This document shows, one piece after another, positions 17,239 through 24,347 of a stretch of DNA of 32,000 nucleotides; the stretch's first letter is position 1; each line of letters opens with the position of its first letter. The notes under the pieces were generated by a model. That model searched no databases, had not been told where the DNA came from, and worked only from the letters and a program-made list of their open reading frames with translations. The translations under genes and the position numbers were made by a program. Origin of the DNA: Promethearchaeum syntrophicum (GTDB lineage: Archaea; Asgardarchaeota; Lokiarchaeia; Sigyniarchaeales; Promethearchaeaceae); the NCBI RefSeq assembly GCF_008000775.2, contig NZ_CP042905.2:930001-962000 (forward strand). Direction: 5' to 3'.

Positions 17239-18015
17239 TTAGGAAATATCAAGAAGTTTTAGCATTCTCTTAATAGGAATTCCAAAAGTTGCTAAGTACA
17301 TAGTTTTGCCCTTATCTTGATCTGAAATTACATTTTTTTCTCTAAGATTTATAGTTTTTTCCTTTACATGTTCCAAAAAACCTCTCCATTCTTGACGAAA
17401 AATCATATATTCATCTCGAGTTAGATATTGAAAAGAATTAAGAATTTCAAATTGAGATTGTAGATTTCCTTGATCATCATAAACCAACTCTCCTTTCTTG
17501 TTTCTCAAAAATTGCATCATTTCTCTTAATTCTAAAACCGTATCTTGAGATAATCCTGATTCAGAATCATTTTTCATTTTTTTAGCAAAATCCACTAGTA
17601 TTTGGAGATTATTTTGATTAATTTCGCTCATTATTCTTTCAATATTAATAATTTTTACAAGTTGTTTTTCTGAGAGTTCTTTTGTAAAATCTATGGAATT
17701 TTCAAGCTCTCTTATTCTTTCTTCATAATCTTCAGCTAAATGATAAATAAAATTCCCCTTTTTATCACGTGTTGTTGGTTCTGAAATAATTCCTCTTTCT
17801 TGTAAATCTTGCAAGTGAATATTGACAGTAGATTTACTTTTCCCTAGTAATTTTTCCAATTCTTGACTGCTTAGTTTTCCATACATCTCTAAATAGCTAT
17901 AAATCCGAAATTTTGGTTTTATCAGTAAAATTTCTAAATTCGTTAAGTTCTCTTTTTTCCTCTTATGTTTAGATTTTTCTATTTTCTTTATTTTTTGATC
18001 GTACATTTTTATCAC
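17239..18015 (-). CDS. Winged helix-turn-helix transcriptional regulator (ArsR/MarR-like N-terminal domain) with a helical C-terminal domain
   Basis: RIYSYLEMYGKLSSQELEKLLGKSKSTVNIHLQDLQERGII is a canonical wHTH recognition segment. It sits 58 nt upstream of the acidic Zn-ribbon gene on the same strand. Confidence 0.7.
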   Translation of the reverse strand: MIKMYDQKIKKIEKSKHKRKKENLTNLEILLIKPKFRIYSYLEMYGKLSSQELEKLLGKSKSTVNIHLQDLQERGIISEPTTRDKKGNFIYHLAEDYEERIRELENSIDFTKELSEKQLVKIINIERIMSEINQNNLQILVDFAKKMKNDSESGLSQDTVLELREMMQFLRNKKGELVYDDQGNLQSQFEILNSFQYLTRDEYMIFRQEWRGFLEHVKEKTINLREKNVISDQDKGKTMYLATFGIPIKRMLKLLDIS

Positions 18016-18333
18016 TAATTTAAAATTTTAATCCTATTTTTCTATAAAAAATGCAATCATTTAAATACTTGGGTTTTTTATATTTATTTGGATTCGATTT
18101 TTCTAAATAAATTCGAATTGTTCTTCGAATAAAATTGGAATAATCGAATAAAAACCCTCGGTGAAAAGAAATGAAAAATATATCAAAATCCGCTATTATT
18201 GAAGATAATTTCCAATTTTCTCTGCAGAATGTCCAAATGAATATCATTGAAAAATATTATCATGAATTAGTCAGGAGTAAATCTTTTTTTTAATATTAAT
18301 GAGCAATTATAAACCATCATAAAGTGAAAAATT

Positions 18334-19416
18334 ATGGAAAAATCAATTAAAGAAACAATATCATATGAAAGTTCAACCATAGAAAGAATGATTTCTCTTT
18401 GTAAACAAATCAAAAATGGAGAAAATAAAATAAAAATAAAAGAGGAACTTGATGCGTTATTAGAAAGTCCGGATTACAAAATAGAATTTGCCCGTTATAA
18501 TGGACGAGTGTCAAAAGAAGATTTTAGAGATTATTTATTGAATTTTTTCTCATTAAATCCAGAAGAAATTCAAAATGAAGACTTAAAAGTGCGATATGAA
18601 CATTTCAAATATTTCTTTGATAATATAGAATTATATATCTCAAATATAGATAAAATTCATGAGATCTTTTCAATCACAACTCTTGAAGAACAGAAAAAAA
18701 TAGCTCAAATTGGCCTTCCTGAAGACCTTGAATTAGGTAATATCACTTTCTTATTTACTATCGGTGTTGGAATGTCATTTGGATGGCCATATTGTGATGA
18801 AAAACTAGGAAACTTTATTCATTTCGATTTCATTCAACTTTTTAAACAATTCTCAATTGAAGAAATTCATTCATTCATTGCTCATGAAATTCATCACATA
18901 GGTGTAAACCAATTACACGATAAAATAGATACCGCATCTATCTCGCTTGAACAGTTATTCTATCTATTGTTTTCAGGAGAGGGATTAGCAGTAAAATATT
19001 GTAATAATGCAGAAGGGATTCTTTCCAAACGATTCAATTCAGATATAACTCCTAACCTCGGCTTAGATCCATTTTCATGGGAATATCTTAACAATGATTT
19101 TCAAAATACATTTAAAGCATTTAAGGAACATTTAGAACAAATAAGAAGCGGAGAAATTTCAAATCAAGAAGAGCTTATGGGATTATTTCATAAATATTGG
19201 ATGAATGCACATACAGACGAACAAGATCGCTCAGATTCTCCTCAGCTCAAACAATCGCGTTTCTATAGTTTTGGAAATGAATTATGGGGCACAATCCAAG
19301 ATGTGTTTGGAAAATCAAAGGTGTATTGGTTATTTGATCATCTATCAGATTTTGCACATACTTTCAATGAAGCTCTTGAAATATCTGGAAAATCTGAATA
19401 TAAAATTCCTTTATAA
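18334..19416 (+). CDS. HExxH-motif protein, putative zinc metallopeptidase
   Basis: FIAHEIHHIGV (HExxH) with GEGLAVKY 33 residues downstream. The remainder is not recognised. Confidence 0.55.
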   Translation: MEKSIKETISYESSTIERMISLCKQIKNGENKIKIKEELDALLESPDYKIEFARYNGRVSKEDFRDYLLNFFSLNPEEIQNEDLKVRYEHFKYFFDNIELYISNIDKIHEIFSITTLEEQKKIAQIGLPEDLELGNITFLFTIGVGMSFGWPYCDEKLGNFIHFDFIQLFKQFSIEEIHSFIAHEIHHIGVNQLHDKIDTASISLEQLFYLLFSGEGLAVKYCNNAEGILSKRFNSDITPNLGLDPFSWEYLNNDFQNTFKAFKEHLEQIRSGEISNQEELMGLFHKYWMNAHTDEQDRSDSPQLKQSRFYSFGNELWGTIQDVFGKSKVYWLFDHLSDFAHTFNEALEISGKSEYKIPL

Positions 19417-19474
19417 TATTTTTTTTAAATCGAATAATTTTTTTGTTTTTATATTATTATATCTTTGAGATTTT

Positions 19475-20380
19475 ATGACTTCATTATTCTATAGTGAACC
19501 CGTTTTCAGACCACCATCGGAAGGAAACTCTCTTCTCCTTACTGTTTCTATCGGATGCAGCTTTAATTGCACATTTTGCTACCCTTATAAACATAAGAAA
19601 TTTTCTATCAGAGATATCGAAGATATAAAGCGAGATATTGATATATCAAAAAAAATTTATGGAGATTCGATAAGGAAAATTTTCCTCTTAGATGGAAATG
19701 CATTTGCTTTAGCACCTGAGAAATTAATCGAAATTTCAAATTATTGTTATAAACAACACAAAAACCTCAAAAGAGTAAGTGCATATGCTCATGCAAACGA
19801 TATTATAAGTAAATCAGATGAAGATTTATTGAGAATTGCAAAATCTGGGCTTAAAATGGTTTATTTGGGGATTGAAACGGGAGATAATGCTCTACTTAAA
19901 ACAATTAATAAGAAAACTTCTGCAGAAAATCTAACTAAAGCAGCTTATAAATTACACAATTCAGGAATAATCTTGTCTGGAACTATTATTTTAGGATTAG
20001 CAGGGAATATACCAGATTTAAGTAAAAAACATGCAATTTTAACTGCAAAACTGATAAATCAGATGAATCCGATAAGAAACCAGTTATGGTATATATCGGC
20101 TTTAAGTTTAATGATTCCCCCAGAAACCATTATAAAACAACAGGTTGAAAATGGAATTTTTACTCCTTTAAATCAGAAAGATACTTTGAAGGAATTAAAA
20201 TTCTTATTAGAGAATATTTCTGATGACCTTCATGGTTGTATTTTTCGTTCAAATCATGCTTCAAATTATTTAGCTTTAAAAGGTGTATTGGCCAACGATA
20301 AATATGATCTGATTGAAAAAGTAAAATATGGGTTGGATCATCCCGAATCTTTACGGCCTGAATATTATCGAGGGCTTTAG
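19475..20380 (+). CDS. Radical SAM enzyme
   Basis: CxxxCxxC cluster motif GCSFNCTFCY after RPPSEGNSLLLTVS. GIETGD and SNHASNY motifs. No C-terminal SPASM-like Cys cluster is visible. Confidence 0.85.
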   Translation: MTSLFYSEPVFRPPSEGNSLLLTVSIGCSFNCTFCYPYKHKKFSIRDIEDIKRDIDISKKIYGDSIRKIFLLDGNAFALAPEKLIEISNYCYKQHKNLKRVSAYAHANDIISKSDEDLLRIAKSGLKMVYLGIETGDNALLKTINKKTSAENLTKAAYKLHNSGIILSGTIILGLAGNIPDLSKKHAILTAKLINQMNPIRNQLWYISALSLMIPPETIIKQQVENGIFTPLNQKDTLKELKFLLENISDDLHGCIFRSNHASNYLALKGVLANDKYDLIEKVKYGLDHPESLRPEYYRGL

Positions 20381-20482
20381 AAATCGATGAAATAATTATT
20401 GATTACAGCTACGACCTATAATCTAGAATTCCAAACAAATATTAATTATATACTCACCCATTATATATAAGAAGGTTAAACT

Positions 20483-21565
20483 ATGGAAAAACAATTTTTA
20501 GACTATTTAGATTCTGAAAAAAAGATCATAAATAGTTCCGTTCAAAATTATTTTCAACAGGCAATTCAACTTGAAGAAGAACCGTTTTTACGAGAGTTTC
20601 TTTCATTCGGGCAATATTTTATAGTTCAGGGAGGACGCAGATTACTTCCCATCTCTTTGAAAAATACATTCATGGGTTTAAGCTCAGAAAAAGATATTTT
20701 GGAATATTCTGAGGCAATTTATAACGTTAGTATTTCAATTGAGATGTTACATGTATCTAATTTGATGATTGATGACTTAATTGATAAAGAAGAATATCGC
20801 CGTGGGAATAAGACTTTTCATCGCTTTATAGGAGATAAAATGACCCATCTTAATCAGGTAGATTTGGAAGAATATGCAATTTCTTCGACTATATACGGCG
20901 CTAATATTATATCATTAATGGGATCGCAAATAATTAAAAATTCAAAATTTGATTCTATTAGGAAAGAAAAAGCTCTTGTGTTATATCTAAATGGAATGTT
21001 AGGAATGAGTCGAGCTCATCTTCTTGAAGAATATTATAAACAAGTTCCATTAGAGAAAATTAATCTTGAAAATTATCTTATTTTGGCGGATAAAAGAGCT
21101 AAACAGATGGAAACAGCTGTTGGATTAGGGGCTGTTTTTGGAAATGCGCGAAAATCCCAAATGGGGCCATTAATGCAAGCTATGAATAAAATCGGAATCA
21201 TATCTCAAGTGGTCAATGACATTGATGGAAGTTTTGGAAAAAAAGTGGACAAAAAATCCCTAGATTCTGACATAAAAAGTGGCCAAAGTACTATCCTAAC
21301 AGTGGTTGCATACCAAAGTGCCGATAAAAAGCAAAAAAAAATACTCAATAGTGTATTAGGTAATAGGAATGCAACATCTGAAGAAATTAACTCTGTTAGA
21401 GAAATTTTTCAAGAAACAGAAGCGGTTAATTTCGCAACAATATATTCCAATAATCTCAAAAATGATGTTTACCGAAATTTACAACGAGTTTATCCAGGAT
21501 TTCGAAAAGAAATCATGAATTTTTATTCTCAACTTTTAGGATATATAACTGATTATAAAGATTGA
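20483..21565 (+). CDS. trans-Polyprenyl diphosphate synthase family with a degenerate second Asp-rich motif
   Basis: First Asp-rich motif MIDDLIDKEEYRRG (DDxxD..RRG) is intact. Where QxxDDxxD is expected the sequence is QVVNDIDG. Downstream GKKVDKKSLDSDIKSGQSTI matches the GK...D...GK.T region. Confidence 0.8.
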   Translation: MEKQFLDYLDSEKKIINSSVQNYFQQAIQLEEEPFLREFLSFGQYFIVQGGRRLLPISLKNTFMGLSSEKDILEYSEAIYNVSISIEMLHVSNLMIDDLIDKEEYRRGNKTFHRFIGDKMTHLNQVDLEEYAISSTIYGANIISLMGSQIIKNSKFDSIRKEKALVLYLNGMLGMSRAHLLEEYYKQVPLEKINLENYLILADKRAKQMETAVGLGAVFGNARKSQMGPLMQAMNKIGIISQVVNDIDGSFGKKVDKKSLDSDIKSGQSTILTVVAYQSADKKQKKILNSVLGNRNATSEEINSVREIFQETEAVNFATIYSNNLKNDVYRNLQRVYPGFRKEIMNFYSQLLGYITDYKD

Positions 21566-22332
21566 GGAGAATTGAAAGAACATTTGGTAGGTTGAGAAAG
21601 ATTAGCTCTGATAAAATAAAGAAAAAAAATCATTTGGCATTTGAAAATCAAATAATTAAAAGAAATTATTATTTATTGAAACATCACTTATTATTCCTAT
21701 TGGATTCTGGTCTTGATTTTCTGAAAAGAGAATACGTTAAGCGAAATAGTGAGACATCTTTTATGGAGTTTACTTCCCAGAATTATTACGATTTTATTTT
21801 GAAAGATTATATTCGTAAGAAAATAAAAAACCAAATAAATTCCATTTTAAATTCTGGTTTATTGTGTATTAAGCACATGGTTGATGATACAGTTGATCCT
21901 GATTTTTTAGATCAACTTATTAATAAAAATTACCCAGAATATGAATCAAATGATCTAAGTTTGTTGCATTCTTCAAATAACCATCCTGGATTTTCAGAAT
22001 TAAAAACAATTAGCCAACTTACATTTAGGATTGCAATTATCCAGACTGCTTATATTCTTTCATGTCAAGATCTTGAAATAAAAACTTATCTTCAATTAAT
22101 GAAGAAAGTTTTTCCCACGAAAAAAGATAGTCAAGAAGCACTAAATTCAATATTTTCAATGTTTAATCAAATGGTGGATTGCTTTGAAAGGCACTTACAG
22201 ATGATTACAATACCTTTTTATAAACCAACATTCAATATAAGGGATTTTCAATTCGTTCGGATATGTTATGAATACGCAATTAAGATAGTTGATGAACAAT
22301 TAAATGAATTATATCCGGAGGAAGAATTATGA
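21562..22332 (+). CDS. Hypothetical helical protein (256 aa), translationally coupled to the polyprenyl synthetase; contains DDTVD
   Basis: The TTG start overlaps the upstream TGA (aTTGAgg). The first in-frame ATG is 65 codons in. The only DDxxD-type motif is HMVDDTVDPDF. No family recognised. Confidence 0.5.
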   Translation: MRRIERTFGRLRKISSDKIKKKNHLAFENQIIKRNYYLLKHHLLFLLDSGLDFLKREYVKRNSETSFMEFTSQNYYDFILKDYIRKKIKNQINSILNSGLLCIKHMVDDTVDPDFLDQLINKNYPEYESNDLSLLHSSNNHPGFSELKTISQLTFRIAIIQTAYILSCQDLEIKTYLQLMKKVFPTKKDSQEALNSIFSMFNQMVDCFERHLQMITIPFYKPTFNIRDFQFVRICYEYAIKIVDEQLNELYPEEEL

Positions 22333-23120
22333 AGAAAAATTCAATGCAGAAAATTAAACCCGAAATTAGGACTTCACTAAAAAGTTTAGGTTTTACTGAT
22401 TATAATATAAATATCTACTTAGCACTTCTTAATTCTGGAGAAATGAATGCTCATGAATTATCTAAGAAAACTGGAGTACCTTACTCAAGAATTTACGAAG
22501 TATTAAACGAAATGACAAATAATCAAAAATTATTAACAAAAATCGATGGACGCCCCTCAACCTTTGTTGCAAATAATCCAAAAGAGATTTTTAAATCAAT
22601 TAAACAAAAGAAAGATGATGAATTTGAAGAGAACATGAAAATGTCGCTTCCGTATCTTAATAATCTTTACGGGGATCACAATTTAGCTAAACAGATGTCT
22701 TTTACGGTTTTCGAAGGTGCAAAATCTTGTAGAGATCATGTAAGAAATGTCTTAAACTTCACGGTAAAAAATTTATCATTTTCATTGAAAGAAATTGATG
22801 AGGTTTATAGTGCAATTAAGGTTAATTTCGATTTCTTAAAACGAATCGGCTGCAAAGTACGAATTATTCTTGAGGAACGATTTCGAAATTCAGAAATTTA
22901 TGAAGAAGTAAAAAAAAATTGTGAAATAAGATTTGTTCCAATAATTCATGAAACTCTCTTAATTTCTGATGAAAAAACGGCGATTATGGCAATAAAATCA
23001 AATTTCAATATACTAAAACCTTCAGAAATTTCATTTACAATAATTTCCTCTTCTGATTTAATGTTTGTGACTTTTGTATCTGAAATTTTCAATCGAAATT
23101 GGAAAATTTCAAAAGAATAG
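22329..23120 (+). CDS. TrmB-family transcriptional regulator
   Basis: N-terminal LGFTDYNINIYLALLNSGEMNAHELSKKTGVPYSRIYEVLNEM is the TrmB wHTH signature. The start ATG overlaps the upstream stop (ATGA at 22329-22332). Confidence 0.8.
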   Translation: MKKNSMQKIKPEIRTSLKSLGFTDYNINIYLALLNSGEMNAHELSKKTGVPYSRIYEVLNEMTNNQKLLTKIDGRPSTFVANNPKEIFKSIKQKKDDEFEENMKMSLPYLNNLYGDHNLAKQMSFTVFEGAKSCRDHVRNVLNFTVKNLSFSLKEIDEVYSAIKVNFDFLKRIGCKVRIILEERFRNSEIYEEVKKNCEIRFVPIIHETLLISDEKTAIMAIKSNFNILKPSEISFTIISSSDLMFVTFVSEIFNRNWKISKE

Positions 23121-23145
23121 AGGTATTCGTTTAAAAATTTTGTTT

Positions 23146-23155
23146 AAAAAAAAAA
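23146..23155 (-). terminator. Oligo-U tract (U10 on the minus-strand RNA) downstream of selD and the SECIS candidate
   Basis: A10 on the plus strand at 23146-23155. Archaeal termination typically uses oligo-T tracts. It lies in the convergent spacer between the trmB-like gene and selD. Confidence 0.45.
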
Positions 23156-23173
23156 TGGGTTTCCATTATGCGT

Positions 23174-23227
23174 GGATAATCTCATATAAAAATCCAATGG
23201 TTTATATTTTATATTCATCGATAACCC
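23174..23227 (-). promoter_or_regulatory. Candidate SECIS element in the selD 3'UTR (kink-turn AUGA_AA_GA architecture)
   Basis: Minus-strand RNA: GGGUUAU-CG-AUGA-AUAUAAAA-[UAUAAACCAUUGGAU]-UUUUAUAU-GAG-AUUAUCC. Helix II has 8 perfect bp (23207-23214 with 23184-23191). AUGA (23215-23218) faces GA (23181-23183). The apical loop contains AAA. The lower helix has 5 WC pairs, 1 GU and 1 mismatch. Confidence 0.5.
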
Positions 23228-23240
23228 TTTTTTCATGAAA

Positions 23241-24278
23241 TTACTTGAAATCTGCCACTTCTATGAGAAGATTCTTTTCCTGAAATTTGATTGATTGATG
23301 CTTTTTTGAAATTTTACCCACTTCAAACCACCAAACATTATTATCTTCTAAAGCATGGATAAAATTGTCAAATTCTTTCGGGTCGACCGCTATCAGCATA
23401 GGTCCTGCAATTTCAGGTGAAAATCCCTCACGCAATCGATATCCAAAGTAATCCGCGAGCGAAACTGTTGTAGGTATTACTGGAATCTGTGAAATATCTG
23501 CTCCCAAATTTGAATCTTCAAGCATTTCCTCAAGATGTCCAGCAAAACCAAAGCCAGTAATGTCGGTCATAGCGTGGATTGAGTTGAAGAAATTTCCTTC
23601 ATGGATAACTTTCACAACGTTCCGATTTGAGGTTGTCATGCATTTTACTCCAGTATCGATAGATTTTTTAATTTCATCCAAATTATAATCATCCAATAGT
23701 TTAATTTCACTCTTCATCACCCTATAGGCTGCCATGATCGGCTGAACTCCTAAAGGTTTTGTCAAAATTAGCCGATCTGACATCTTGATTCCTCTCTTAC
23801 CAATGATTTCAGAATTTTTTATAATTGCTGATGCTGATCCTCCGAATAATGGCCATGGATTATATATAGTATGCCCTCCATGCACATCGGTTTCGATATC
23901 TTTGAGAAAATCTCTCATACCATCAATGATCTTTACTGGGAAATCTTTTGGGATATCAGTTGGAACTCCTATGAATGCAGAATAATTTGAAACATTTAAC
24001 GCATTTAACGCAAACAGATCGTTGGTTACATTACATGCTGCAATTTTTCCCATCATATAAGGATCGTCATGAATCGCGGTAAAGATGTCTATATTTGAAA
24101 TTAATTTATCTCCTTTGTCATTAATGGAAATAATGGAGCAATCTTCTGCTTTAGATGGTAACCCAGCGGATGTTAAAATTTCTTTTAATTTTGTGGCAGG
24201 AATTTTACAAGATCATCCATGAAGTGAACACTTTTGTGTCAAAAGATATTCATAAGATTTTTTTCTCTGTTCACTCAT
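23241..24278 (-). CDS. selD: Selenophosphate synthetase SelD, selenocysteine-containing (in-frame UGA at 24213-24215 = Sec, residue 22)
   Basis: The listed ORF (23241..24056) starts at MMGKIAACNV and lacks the catalytic N-terminus. The same frame upstream reads MSEQRKKSYEYLLTQKCSLHG-U-SCKIPATKLKEILTSAGLPSKAEDCSIISINDKGDKLISNIDIFTAIHDDPYMMGK with a single TGA. That TGA sits at the position of catalytic Cys17 of E. coli SelD (GAGCGCK loop). The ATG at 24276-24278 has an SD. The full product is 345 aa, normal for SelD. Confidence 0.9.
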
Positions 24279-24282
24279 AAAT

Positions 24283-24290
24283 TCACCTCC
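24283..24290 (-). promoter_or_regulatory. Shine-Dalgarno sequence for selD
   Basis: The minus strand reads GGAGGTGA-ATTT-ATG. Confidence 0.55.
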
Positions 24291-24347
24291 GATATTGCTA
24301 TTGAAAATTAACATATTAGAATAAATTAAAAGAATTCGGTTTCAAAA

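Noticed and set aside
18020-18247. 75-aa minus-strand ORF abutting the wHTH gene start
   Set aside because: F/I/Y/K/N-dominated composition is typical of random AT-rich ORFs and there is no motif. It more likely occupies the divergent promoter region between 18015 and 18334.
23241-24056. selD as an N-terminally truncated gene or pseudogene, as the ORF track implies
   Set aside because: The upstream 74 codons are in frame, SelD-like, SD-preceded, and interrupted only by a TGA at the canonical Cys/Sec position. Sec recoding explains it better than decay.
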